Assembly: GCA_965217115.1 (NCBI GenBank)
Contig: OZ244239.1
Coordinates: forward strand, 1,344,001 to 1,408,000
Length of the DNA stretch: 64,000 bases
DNA from: Bdellovibrionales bacterium
GTDB taxonomy: Bacteria > Bdellovibrionota > Bdellovibrionia > Bdellovibrionales > CAYMLA01
Reading direction: 5' to 3'
Under the pieces are notes generated by a model. It saw nothing but the letters and a program-made list of their open reading frames with translations, searched no databases and was not told the DNA's origin. Shown one piece after another: positions 38,563-48,322 of the stretch; within the stretch, counting starts at the first letter, position 1, and every line of letters starts with the position of its first letter. A program made the translations under genes and the position numbers.

Positions 38563-39534
38563 GTGGTTCGTAAGCAGAGGCTTTTACAAGCTGTTGAAAT
38601 TTTAAAGAAAGGGGGAGTTGTCGTTGTGCCGACCGAGACCGTTTATGGTTTGGCCGCGAGCATTGAAAGCCAGTCAGGAGTTGAGAAAATATTTTCTATT
38701 AAAAAGCGACCTTTTTTTGACCCGTTGATTGTGCATATTTCCCGTCAAGAACAGGTTCATCAATTGACAGACTCATGGAGTGAAATTTGTCAGGTTCTCG
38801 TAGATAAATTTTGGCCAGGACCTCTAACTTTGGTTTTACCTAAAACGAAAAAAGTAAGTGATCTTATCACTGCGGGTTTACAAACAGTGGGACTGCGTAT
38901 GCCCCATCACCCTGTTATTTTGGAGCTTATTGATGTCTTGCAAGTTCCTATCGCAGCTCCGAGTGCGAATATATTTAAAAAAACGAGTCCGACAAAGGCT
39001 GAGCATGTGCTAGAGGAGTTTGAGGAGGAAGATTTATTTGTTCTTGATGGAGGAGCCTGCCAAGTTGGTATCGAATCTACGGTGATCGCGGTTGAGGGGA
39101 ATCAATTATCTATTCTAAGACCAGGAGCTGTGACTGAAAAACAGTTACTTGAGGTGCTAGAAAGGTCAAAGCTCCCTTTCTTTTTAAACAAGTTAGGGAA
39201 GAATTTATCTGCCTCGCCAGGACATATGAAAGAACATTACATGCCAACAAAACCCCTCATCTTGTGGACAAGATCGTGGCAAAAGGGATCTATGGATGAA
39301 ATTTTAGACAAGGCTCAAGAAATAGCTATTGATGTTAAGAAAATAAAAGGCAGTGAATTGAAACTCTTGTCTGATCCTGTGCTTGCAGCTCGTACATTGT
39401 ATTCACAAATGCGTGAACTTTCGCAACAAAGTGAAGTGACTTTTATTTATTGTATTTGGTCTCAGAAAAAAGATCAGGATCTATGGGCTGCTATCTGGAA
39501 CCGTTTAGACAAGGCTTCGTCCTACTGTTTTTGA
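38563..39534 (+). CDS. sua5: L-threonylcarbamoyladenylate synthase, Sua5 type
   Basis: PTETVYGL, KKRP..DPLIVH, FWPGPLT, AAPSAN, GIESTV, SPG.MKEHY linker. Confidence 0.9.
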   Translation: MVRKQRLLQAVEILKKGGVVVVPTETVYGLAASIESQSGVEKIFSIKKRPFFDPLIVHISRQEQVHQLTDSWSEICQVLVDKFWPGPLTLVLPKTKKVSDLITAGLQTVGLRMPHHPVILELIDVLQVPIAAPSANIFKKTSPTKAEHVLEEFEEEDLFVLDGGACQVGIESTVIAVEGNQLSILRPGAVTEKQLLEVLERSKLPFFLNKLGKNLSASPGHMKEHYMPTKPLILWTRSWQKGSMDEILDKAQEIAIDVKKIKGSELKLLSDPVLAARTLYSQMRELSQQSEVTFIYCIWSQKKDQDLWAAIWNRLDKASSYCF

Positions 39535-39545
39535 CTGATTTTCCG

Positions 39546-40841
39546 TTAAATAAGAATACCAGCAATAGAAGCGGTCATAAAGGCGGCCAAAGACCCTCCA
39601 ATCATGGCTTTGATTCCTATCTTGGCAAGATCTGATTTTCTCCTCGGTGCAATTTCTCCGATGCCTCCGATTTGGATAGCGATAGATGTGAAATTTGCGA
39701 AACCACTTAAAGCATAGGAGAGAATGATCACCGTTCTATCCGAGAGTTGGCTGCCTAAATTAGAGAGATGAACGTAAGAGACGAATTCATTGAGAACAAT
39801 TTTTTCTCCTAACAAAGCTCCTGCAGTTGTGGCTTCGCTCCAGGGGATCCCCATAATAAAAGCTAGGGGAGAAAAAATCCAACTAAGAAGGACTTGTAGA
39901 CTTAATTGAACTTGCCCTTCTTTTAGAAGAGCAGATGGAACAAGGGATTGTCCCCAGCTTTGAAAATTGACCCATTCACCGACAACTGTAAACATAGAAT
40001 TAACCATAGCAATCAGAGCGATAAAAACTAAGAGCATAGCGCCGACATTGAAAGCAAGCTTTAATCCATCGGTGGCGCCGTTGGCTGCAGCTTCGATAAC
40101 ATTGACATCAGAAGATTTAAAGTCTTTGGGTGATTTGCCAAGGGTTTCTGGTTTTTGTGTCTCGGGAACCATGATTTTGGCAATAGCTAAAGCGGCAGGT
40201 GCCGACATCACACTGGCAGTGAGTAGGTGTCCCGCAATATCAGGTATTCGTTCAATGAGCAGTCCAACATAGGCCGCCAACACTCCTCCTGCGACAGTGG
40301 CCATACCGCCAACCATAACAGAATTGAGTTCAGATTTGGTCATTTTATCTATGTAGGGACGAATAAGTAGAGGAGCTTCTGTTTGCCCGACAAAAATGTT
40401 GGCAGAGGCGGAAAGAGACTCTGCGCCACTTGTCCCCATTGTTTTTTGCATGATAATAGCCATCCATTTCACGATTTTTTGTATAATTCCAAGGTAGTAA
40501 AGAATAGACATCAGAGAGGAAAAGAAAATAATAGTGGGAAGAATTTGTAGAGCAATAATAAAGCCTGATTTCTTTATATCCATCAAAGATGAAAATAAAA
40601 AAGCACTTCCCTCATTGGTGAAATTCAATAAAGCTATAAAGGCTTGATTGGCTGCATTAAACAGAGGTCTTAAGGGACCAGAAATATCAAGAGCCGGAAT
40701 GCCCAAAACAAGAAGCCCAAAGACAATTTGTAAAACACAACCGATAATAACGGGTCTAAATTTAATGGCTTTTTTATTCTCAGATAGGAGATAGGCTATG
40801 AAGATCAATAAAAATAAGCCAAAAAAGCTCATTATACGCAT
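39546..40841 (-). CDS. NupC/CNT family nucleoside:cation symporter
   Basis: LPTIIFFSSL, NIFVGQTEAPL, GMATVAGGV, NEFVSY, GFANFTSIAIQIGG. Confidence 0.92.
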   Translation of the reverse strand: MRIMSFFGLFLLIFIAYLLSENKKAIKFRPVIIGCVLQIVFGLLVLGIPALDISGPLRPLFNAANQAFIALLNFTNEGSAFLFSSLMDIKKSGFIIALQILPTIIFFSSLMSILYYLGIIQKIVKWMAIIMQKTMGTSGAESLSASANIFVGQTEAPLLIRPYIDKMTKSELNSVMVGGMATVAGGVLAAYVGLLIERIPDIAGHLLTASVMSAPAALAIAKIMVPETQKPETLGKSPKDFKSSDVNVIEAAANGATDGLKLAFNVGAMLLVFIALIAMVNSMFTVVGEWVNFQSWGQSLVPSALLKEGQVQLSLQVLLSWIFSPLAFIMGIPWSEATTAGALLGEKIVLNEFVSYVHLSNLGSQLSDRTVIILSYALSGFANFTSIAIQIGGIGEIAPRRKSDLAKIGIKAMIGGSLAAFMTASIAGILI

Positions 40842-40947
40842 GAAAAGTCCTTGTTAAAAGTGAATTTTCCTCTATGAGTCCCATATAAGTGATGGGTGAT
40901 CAATAAATAAGAGTAAAAAAAACAGAGCAGAGGGAGGTTGTAGCAGG

Positions 40948-41676
40948 TTAAAACCTACGAATCAGCCCGACAAGAACTCCTTTGATTTGTACTTCATCAG
41001 GAGAGAACCACATAGAATCCATGTTGTCGTTGGCAGGTCTTAATTCAACACAGGGGCCGTCAAAGCCTGCACTTTCGTGTTTACTATAAGTATAGAGGTG
41101 TTTCACCGTGGCCTCGTTGTCGATCGTTGCAACAACAGTTTCTCCGTTGTTAGCGTCTTCTTGTTTTTGCACGAGAATAATATCCTCATCATAAATGCCG
41201 TCGTTAATCATGGACTCCCCCACGACTTTTAGTGCAAAGGATTTACTGGGAGATCTGATCAGGGAAGGGGGGATGTCTATGTATTCATCGTGGGATATTG
41301 CCTCGATGGGTGAGCCGGCAGCAACAAAGCCCATAAGCGGAAGAGAGAGAAGTTCATTTGTGGGTAGAGCATGGGGTGTTTGGAGGAGACTAGGCGGAGA
41401 GGAGGGAGCATTTTTAAAAGAATTGGCTCCATGTAGAATTTTAAGAGCCCGTTTTTGATTTTCCCCTGGATTGTGAATATATCCTTTGTTGTGAAGTTGC
41501 TTTAGATATCTTTGTACTGAATTGTAAGAGGCAAAACCAAAATGATCTTTGATCTCTGCATAAGAAGGGCTATAGTTTTTACGCTTTGTGTAAAGCTCTA
41601 AAAACTCTAAGAACCCTTTTTCCTTGGGAGTGAGTGAGGGCAAAGTTAGGGAGGAGCTTTGCGAAGTTATTGTCAT
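40948..41676 (-). CDS. lexA: LexA repressor
   Basis: PSYAEIK.HFGF.S.NSV HTH, VAAGSP cleavage site, GESM (Ser), ATVK (Lys). Confidence 0.92.
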   Translation of the reverse strand: MTITSQSSSLTLPSLTPKEKGFLEFLELYTKRKNYSPSYAEIKDHFGFASYNSVQRYLKQLHNKGYIHNPGENQKRALKILHGANSFKNAPSSPPSLLQTPHALPTNELLSLPLMGFVAAGSPIEAISHDEYIDIPPSLIRSPSKSFALKVVGESMINDGIYDEDIILVQKQEDANNGETVVATIDNEATVKHLYTYSKHESAGFDGPCVELRPANDNMDSMWFSPDEVQIKGVLVGLIRRF

Positions 41677-41715
41677 TGTCTGGGCCCTCACAGGGTAAGT
41701 AGTTTACTTAGCATC

Positions 41716-41736
41716 TTATGTGTAAATTAAGTGTAA
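41716..41736. promoter_or_regulatory. Candidate LexA operator (tandem ttaWgtgtaa)
   Basis: ttatgtgtaa-a-ttaagtgtaa, about 40 bp upstream of lexA. Confidence 0.35.
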
Positions 41737-41972
41737 GTCAATAGGCTGAATCAATATTTTGGGCAAAACGTGGTGGAATATTAAAATTTGAGTTTGCAGC
41801 CTTTATGGGTAAGACTGTCTCGGTGAGAGGTCTGGGAAACGACCCAATTGCTCATTTAGAGAAGTTTGATCGCCCGCAAGATATTTCAGGAACTGTTGCT
41901 ATTATGACAGAGAGAGAAATTTAAAAGGCTTCGATAGATATTATTTTTTATTTTTAATAAAAGAGAGGGTTC

Positions 41973-43559
41973 ATGAGATCAGTTTTAGTGTCTTTTTTAG
42001 TCTTTAGTGTGGCCATAAATATTTGGGCGATGGAAAAAACTTTTATTTATTGTTCAGAGGGAAGCCCCAGTTCTTTTAACCCTCAATTAGCGACCGATGG
42101 AGCAAGTTTTAATGCCAGTTCACGCACGATTTATGACCGATTGGTGGATTTTTCTCCTGGAAGCACAAGTATCATTTCTGGTTTAGCAAAATCATGGACC
42201 GTTAGTAAAAGCTCATTGGTTTATACTTTTAAGCTACATAAAGGGGTAAAGTTCCATTCGACAAAAAACTTTAAACCCACCAGAAACTTCAATGCCGATG
42301 ATGTGGTTTTTTCTTTTCGTCGTATGATGGACAAGAAAAACCCTTATCACTTAGTTAGTGGTGGCACCTATGAGTATTTTCAAAACATGGAAATGGGTAA
42401 AATCATTAAAAGGGTTAAAAAAGTAGATAATTACACAGTGCAGTTTATCCTCTCTCGTCCAGAAGCACCGTTTTTGGCAAATTTAGCGATGGATTTTGCG
42501 AGTATTTTATCAAAAGAATACGCTGATAAAATGTTGATTGCTAAGACTCCTGAGAAGACAGATCGTTTTCCTGTGGGGACAGGGCCTTTTAAATTTAAAA
42601 AATATATAAAGGACACTTTAATTCGCTACACGGCCCACAAAGATTATTTTAAGGGTAAAGCTTTTATTGATCGCTTAGTTTTTAGCATCACACCAGACGC
42701 AAGTGTGCGATTCCAAAAATTAAAAGCAGGGGAATGTCATTTAGTCGGTGAGCCTTCGCCAACAGATTTAAAAAGTATGAGAGTGCGAAGTGATATTCAT
42801 GTGATGGAGCAAGAAGGATTGAATGTTGGATATGTTGCGATGAATGTAGAAAAAAAACCTTTGAATAGTTTATTAGTTCGCAAGGCGATAAATTATGCGC
42901 TCAATCGTAGGGCCTACATTAAGGCTATTTATTTGGGAAATGCAATGGTGGCTAAAAACCCTATTCCTCCGACAATCTGGGGTTATAATAATAAGATTAA
43001 AGATTATGAGTATGATATTAAAAAAGCCAAATCTCTTCTTAAAAAAGCAGGCTATTCCAATGGTTTTGAAATTGAGCTTTGGACCTTGCCCATTTCCCGC
43101 CCCTATAACCCTAATGGTAAGAAAATGGGAGAATTAATCCAAGCTGATTTGGCGAAGATAGGCATTAAGGTTAAATTGATTACCTACGATTGGCCGACTT
43201 ATTTGTCGAAGGCTCGGAAGGGTGAGCATCAGATGATTCAGCTCGGTTGGACAGGAGACAATGGAGATCCAGATAATTTCATGAACGTTCTCTTGGGTTG
43301 TGCAGCTGTTGAAGGCGGGGGAAACCTTGCCCGTTGGAAAAATAAGAATTTTTGCAAATTAATGGTACAGGCGAAATCTATTTCTAATGTAAAGGCGAGA
43401 ACGAAATTCTATTTGAAGGCCCAAGAAATTTTTAAAAAAGAAGCTCCGTGGGTACCTATTGCCCATTCAAAAGTTTTTCGGGCTATGTCAAAAAGGGTTA
43501 AAGGCTATCAAATACATCCATTTGGCGTAGAGATGTTTCATAAGGTGGACTTAAAATAA
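41973..43559 (+). CDS. dppA: Dipeptide ABC transporter substrate-binding protein
   Basis: YCSEGSP, RNFNADDVVFSF.RM, PVGTGPF, RPYNPNG, GWTGDNGDPDNF. Confidence 0.92.
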   Translation: MRSVLVSFLVFSVAINIWAMEKTFIYCSEGSPSSFNPQLATDGASFNASSRTIYDRLVDFSPGSTSIISGLAKSWTVSKSSLVYTFKLHKGVKFHSTKNFKPTRNFNADDVVFSFRRMMDKKNPYHLVSGGTYEYFQNMEMGKIIKRVKKVDNYTVQFILSRPEAPFLANLAMDFASILSKEYADKMLIAKTPEKTDRFPVGTGPFKFKKYIKDTLIRYTAHKDYFKGKAFIDRLVFSITPDASVRFQKLKAGECHLVGEPSPTDLKSMRVRSDIHVMEQEGLNVGYVAMNVEKKPLNSLLVRKAINYALNRRAYIKAIYLGNAMVAKNPIPPTIWGYNNKIKDYEYDIKKAKSLLKKAGYSNGFEIELWTLPISRPYNPNGKKMGELIQADLAKIGIKVKLITYDWPTYLSKARKGEHQMIQLGWTGDNGDPDNFMNVLLGCAAVEGGGNLARWKNKNFCKLMVQAKSISNVKARTKFYLKAQEIFKKEAPWVPIAHSKVFRAMSKRVKGYQIHPFGVEMFHKVDLK

Positions 43560-43618
43560 AAAAGCTCCATTGAGGTAAAATTTCGATGGGTCTATAGTGA
43601 ATCTTTCTGTATCGATCA

Positions 43619-44677
43619 ATGAAAACTAGACTTTACTCTTTTTGGACGACTAGAATGGTCTTTATGTTTCAGGTGATATTCAAGCGTCTGTATGGTTCAT
43701 TGCCGACTCTTTTGGGCGTCTCTTTTTTGGCTTTTGTTCTAATTCGTCTCGTTCCAGGGGACCCTGTACTTGTGTTGCTTGGAGAACGGGGAGGGTCGCC
43801 AGAGGTTGTGGCGGAGCTACAGGAAAAATTAGGTTTAGATCAACCAGCATGGAAGCAGTATTTTATTTTTATTGGCAACGCTATTCAGGGAGACTTGGGG
43901 ACATCTATTATTACCAAAAGGCCTGTGTGGGAGGAATTTATTGATCGTTTTCCAGCGACGTTAGAGTTGGGGATGTTGGGATTATTGTTTGCGATCGTAC
44001 TGGGTATTCCAATGGGTATTATTGCAGCGGTGAAGCGTAATTCTTTTTGGGATTACTCTATTATGGGTGGAGCCTTGTTGGGGTATTCCATGCCTATATT
44101 TTGGTGGGGCTTGCTATTGATTCTTATTTTTTCCATTAGTTTAGGGTGGACTCCTGTCTCAGGAAGGATCAGTGCTTTTTATGATGTGGACTCAATTACG
44201 GGGTTTATGCTTATTGATACTTTAATGAGTGAGGATGGGTGGTCTGCGTTTAAGAATGCATTGAAACATCTTATTTTGCCATCCATTGTTTTAGGAACAA
44301 TTCCTCTGGCAGTGATTGCTCGCATGACACGATCTAGTTTGCTTGAAGTGATTCGAGAAGATTATATGCGCACGGCTAAGGCGAAGGGCGTGGGAGGAAT
44401 GAAATTGATTTTACGCCATGGTTTGCGCAATGCTTTGATTCCAGTGGTGACGGTGATAGGTTTGATGGTGGGGAGTGTAATTACGGGAGCTATTTTGACA
44501 GAGACGATTTTTTCATGGCCAGGGATTGGTCGTTGGCTCGTACAAAGCGTGGTGTCACGAGATTATCCTGTTATTCAAGGGGGAATACTGTGCATTGCTA
44601 CGGTGGTGATTTTGGTGAATTTATTTGTCGATCTCACCTACTTGTGGATTGATCCTAAAATGAGGAAAAAGGCTTAA
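43619..44677 (+). CDS. dppB: Dipeptide ABC transporter permease (start may be 43664)
   Basis: RLVPGDP, FPATLEL, SMPIFWWG, ARMTRSS, RTAKAKG, ETIFSWPGIG, RDYPVIQG. Confidence 0.92.
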   Translation: MKTRLYSFWTTRMVFMFQVIFKRLYGSLPTLLGVSFLAFVLIRLVPGDPVLVLLGERGGSPEVVAELQEKLGLDQPAWKQYFIFIGNAIQGDLGTSIITKRPVWEEFIDRFPATLELGMLGLLFAIVLGIPMGIIAAVKRNSFWDYSIMGGALLGYSMPIFWWGLLLILIFSISLGWTPVSGRISAFYDVDSITGFMLIDTLMSEDGWSAFKNALKHLILPSIVLGTIPLAVIARMTRSSLLEVIREDYMRTAKAKGVGGMKLILRHGLRNALIPVVTVIGLMVGSVITGAILTETIFSWPGIGRWLVQSVVSRDYPVIQGGILCIATVVILVNLFVDLTYLWIDPKMRKKA

Positions 44678-45526
44678 ATGGAAAAGTGGAATTTTTTTTG
44701 TCACAACAAAGGAGCTTTGGGAGGACTTGTTATTGTTCTTTTATTTGTTCTGCTGGCGATATTGGCTCCTTTAATAGCTCCCTACTCTCCAATACAAATT
44801 CATGAGGGGGCTTATCGTATCGAGCCTTTTTGGACCTTGGAAGGAAGCTTCCTTTATATTCTTGGTACAGATGACATTGGAAGAGATCTTTTGAGTCGTT
44901 TGATTTATGGAGCACGAATTTCTCTGGGGATTGGGTTTTTAATTGTAACCTTCTCTCTTTTTATAGGCACGACATTAGGTTTATTGGCAGGTTATTATGA
45001 GGGAAAAATAGAGAGTGTTATTATGCGCTCGGTGGATATTCTAATGTCTTTACCCAGTATTTTACTGGCAATTGTTGTTGTAGCTATTTTAGGACCGAGT
45101 TTGATGAACACAGTTGTCGCGGTAGGCATTGTTGGTATTCCTTCCTTTGTTCGTTTGGTGAGAGCTTCAGTTAAGGCAGAAAAGTCAAAAGAGTATGTGA
45201 TTGCGGCAAGGAGTTTTGGAGCATCGTCTTGGAGGATTGCTATTTTAAATATTCTTCCGAATTGTTTTGCTCCGATTGTTGTGCAAGCGACTTTGGGTTT
45301 CAGTGATGGTATTTTAAATGCGGCAGCCTTGGGTTTTCTTGGTTTAGGGGTTCAGGCGCCTACACCAGAATGGGGGACGATGCTTTCTGACGCTCGTTCC
45401 TATATAGAGACGTCACCATGGCTTGTGACATTGCCAGGGCTGTGTATTTTGATTGTTGTTTTAGCATTTAATCTTTTTGGTGATGGGTTACGCGATACCT
45501 TTGACCCAAAATTAAGAGGCTCTTAG
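44678..45526 (+). CDS. dppC: Dipeptide ABC transporter permease
   Basis: LGTDDIGRDLLSRLIYGARISL, LGFLGLGVQAPTPEWG, FNLFGDGLRD. Confidence 0.92.
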   Translation: MEKWNFFCHNKGALGGLVIVLLFVLLAILAPLIAPYSPIQIHEGAYRIEPFWTLEGSFLYILGTDDIGRDLLSRLIYGARISLGIGFLIVTFSLFIGTTLGLLAGYYEGKIESVIMRSVDILMSLPSILLAIVVVAILGPSLMNTVVAVGIVGIPSFVRLVRASVKAEKSKEYVIAARSFGASSWRIAILNILPNCFAPIVVQATLGFSDGILNAAALGFLGLGVQAPTPEWGTMLSDARSYIETSPWLVTLPGLCILIVVLAFNLFGDGLRDTFDPKLRGS

Positions 45527-45552
45527 GGGCTAGTTATTTTTTTGGAGAATTT

Positions 45553-46929
45553 ATGGCGCAACTAATAACGAAAAACCCCTATAGTCTGGTAGAAATTAAT
45601 TCCTATGAGATGGATGATTTTGAAAATTCTAAATTAAAAGTTCAAAGATTAGAAACGGCCCAAAAAACATGGGGCCATGTTGACCTTTCCAAGAGAATTA
45701 ATCTTGTTAAAAAAGGAATGGAGTATTTTGAAAATCATCGAGTTGAGATAGCCAAAGATATTAGCGAACAAATAGGTCGACCTTTGCATTATTGCGATGG
45801 AGAAGTGAAGGGTTTTTTTGAAAGAGCCGATCACCTTTGTGCCATTGCTAGAAGGAGCTTAGCTGTTGAGGTCATTGAGCCCAAGGAGGGGTTTGAGCGA
45901 AGTATTGAAGCAACTCCTCTGGGAGTTGTCTTTGTTATTGCCGCATGGAACTACCCTCTTCTGATTGCAGTGAACTCTATTATACCAGCATTACTTGCGG
46001 GGAACACTGTGCTGTTGAAGCACTCTAAGCTAACTCCTGAAATCGGCAGACACTTTGAAAAAGCGTTTGGAAAATTAGGGGAGTTTGGAGATCTATTATT
46101 TAATGTGATTACTGATCATGAGACCACAGGAAAAATCATTGAAAACACGGGTGTTAATCATGTGGTTTTTACGGGCTCAGTGAACGGTGGTCGTCAGATT
46201 CTCTCCCATACCTCGAAGCGTTTTATGATGCCTGGTTTAGAGTTAGGGGGGAAAGATGCAGCTTATGTTCACAGTGATGCCGATTTGGCGTTAGCTGTTG
46301 AAGCTGTTGTTGATGGGGCCCTTTTTAATTCAGGGCAAAGTTGTTGCGGAATAGAGAGAGCTTATGTTCATGAAGATGTCTATGAGGATTTTGTGAATAA
46401 GGCTCAAAAGACTATGAGTAGCTATAAAATGGGCGACCCAAATGATGAGAATGTCCAACTAGGGCCTTTGGCGCAACCACACGCGGCTGAAGTTATGCAA
46501 AACCAAGTCGAAGAGGCGAGGTCTAAAGGTGCTAAGGTTGTTATTGGTGGAGAAATACATAAAATAAAGAAGGCCGTCTTTTTTCCTGCAACATTAGTTG
46601 TTAATGCTGACAATAATATGGAGATCATGCGTGAAGAGAATTTTGGACCGATACTCTCGGTGATGAAGGTGAAATCTTTGCAGGAAGGCATAGAGAACAT
46701 CAATGACTCCAACTATGGTTTAACTTCTGCTATTTTCACCAAGACAAAAGAGACAGCTCAAAATTTTGCTAATCAAGTCGATACAGGAACTGTGTTTATG
46801 AATCGTTGTGATTATTTGGATCCAACTTTGCCGTGGACGGGAGTTAAGGACAGTGGTTGTGGATCATCTTTGTCTCATTTTGGTTTTTTACACCTCACTC
46901 GCAGGAAATCGTTACACTTTAAAACATAG
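45553..46929 (+). CDS. Aldehyde dehydrogenase family protein
   Basis: AWNYP, FTGSV, LELGGKD, NSGQSCCG, EENFGP. Confidence 0.93.
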   Translation: MAQLITKNPYSLVEINSYEMDDFENSKLKVQRLETAQKTWGHVDLSKRINLVKKGMEYFENHRVEIAKDISEQIGRPLHYCDGEVKGFFERADHLCAIARRSLAVEVIEPKEGFERSIEATPLGVVFVIAAWNYPLLIAVNSIIPALLAGNTVLLKHSKLTPEIGRHFEKAFGKLGEFGDLLFNVITDHETTGKIIENTGVNHVVFTGSVNGGRQILSHTSKRFMMPGLELGGKDAAYVHSDADLALAVEAVVDGALFNSGQSCCGIERAYVHEDVYEDFVNKAQKTMSSYKMGDPNDENVQLGPLAQPHAAEVMQNQVEEARSKGAKVVIGGEIHKIKKAVFFPATLVVNADNNMEIMREENFGPILSVMKVKSLQEGIENINDSNYGLTSAIFTKTKETAQNFANQVDTGTVFMNRCDYLDPTLPWTGVKDSGCGSSLSHFGFLHLTRRKSLHFKT

Positions 46930-46937
46930 GAAGTATT

Positions 46938-48314
46938 ATGGAAAAAGATTTTTTAACAATTATAAAAACGTATAAAGAAAAAAATGTTAAATGCATTAAG
47001 CTGGCCATCACTGATATTGATGGTGTTATGCGTGGGAAATACATAAATCTAGATAAATTTGAATCCGTATTAAAGGCCACAGGTGGCTTTTGCGACTGTG
47101 TTTTTGGTTGGGACGTCGTTGATAAGCTCTATGAAAATGATGTCGACTTTACAGGTTGGCATACGGCTTATCCTGATGCTCTCTTTAAAATTGATTTAAA
47201 AACACAGAGATGGCTTACCGAAGAGCAGATTCCATTTTTTATTGCCGATTTTGTTGATAACGATGGTGAGAGTCTCCACTCTGTGTGCCCTAGAAATTTA
47301 TTAAAAAGAGTTCTTAGGCAAGCTGAGGAAATGGGGATGGGCTTTAATCTGGCTTTTGAGTATGAATTTTTTCTTTTTAATGAGACTCCTCATTCTGTGC
47401 GTGAGAAGGGCTACAAGAACCTCACTCCTTTTACGCCTGGAATGTTCGGCTATAGCATGATTAGGAGTTCGACTTATTCAGACATTTTTAACGACTTGAT
47501 GGATTATTTTTCAGAATTAAATATAGAGATCGAGGGTCTCCATTGTGAAACAGGTCCAGGTGTGTTGGAGGCAGCGATAAAATACGGAGAGGCTCTTGAT
47601 TCTGCCGACAAAGCCGTGTTATTTAAGACTTTCTGTAAAGTGTTTTTTCAAAAGAGAGAGATTATGGCGACGTTTATGGCTCGTTGGAGCTTAGAATATC
47701 CAGGCCAAAGTGGGCACATACATATTTCTCCCTACGATCTCAAAACAAATAAAAACCTATTTCATGATGCCTCTGATGGAAATAACATGAGTTCTATGAT
47801 GAAGTCATTTGTCGCTGGTATGTCTAAGTATATGAAAGAATTTTTACCATTAACGACACCGACAATAAACTCTTACACACGATTGGTTAAGGGTTTTTGG
47901 GCTCCGACGGCAGCCACGTGGGGGGTAGAGAATAGAACTTGCGCCCTTAGAGTTATTCCAGGCAGTGATAAATCACAACGGGTAGAGTATCGAGTTGGTG
48001 CGGCTGACGGCAATCCTTATATTTGTGCAGCAGCAGTTATTGGAGCTGGTTTGCAGGGAGTAAAAGAAGGTCTTAAAATTTTAGAACCAATAAAAGGCAA
48101 TGCTTATGATGTTCAAGACGATTTACCACAGGAGTTGCAGTTACCAAGTTCTTTAAAAGATTCAATAAAAAACCTAGCTAAATCAACTGTGGCCCCTGAA
48201 ATTTTTGGAGAAAAATTTGTGCAGCATTTTGTAAAAACTCGTGAGTGGGAAGTTTCAGAGTATGAAAAAGCAATCACTGACTGGCAACTAGAGAGATATT
48301 TTGAAATTATTTAG
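46938..48314 (+). CDS. Glutamine synthetase-like gamma-glutamyl amine ligase
   Basis: DIDGVMRGK, EYEFF, HCETGPGVLE, GQSGHIH, NSYTRL...WAP, ENRT, RVEYRVGAADGNPY; catabolic gene context. Confidence 0.88.
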   Translation: MEKDFLTIIKTYKEKNVKCIKLAITDIDGVMRGKYINLDKFESVLKATGGFCDCVFGWDVVDKLYENDVDFTGWHTAYPDALFKIDLKTQRWLTEEQIPFFIADFVDNDGESLHSVCPRNLLKRVLRQAEEMGMGFNLAFEYEFFLFNETPHSVREKGYKNLTPFTPGMFGYSMIRSSTYSDIFNDLMDYFSELNIEIEGLHCETGPGVLEAAIKYGEALDSADKAVLFKTFCKVFFQKREIMATFMARWSLEYPGQSGHIHISPYDLKTNKNLFHDASDGNNMSSMMKSFVAGMSKYMKEFLPLTTPTINSYTRLVKGFWAPTAATWGVENRTCALRVIPGSDKSQRVEYRVGAADGNPYICAAAVIGAGLQGVKEGLKILEPIKGNAYDVQDDLPQELQLPSSLKDSIKNLAKSTVAPEIFGEKFVQHFVKTREWEVSEYEKAITDWQLERYFEII

Positions 48315-48322
48315 GAGATCTT

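Noticed and set aside
41810..41920. Glycine-riboswitch-like words upstream of dppA (gagag, tttcagg, gacagag)
   Set aside because: The CCGAAG element and proper stems are missing; it would need an Infernal search to support.
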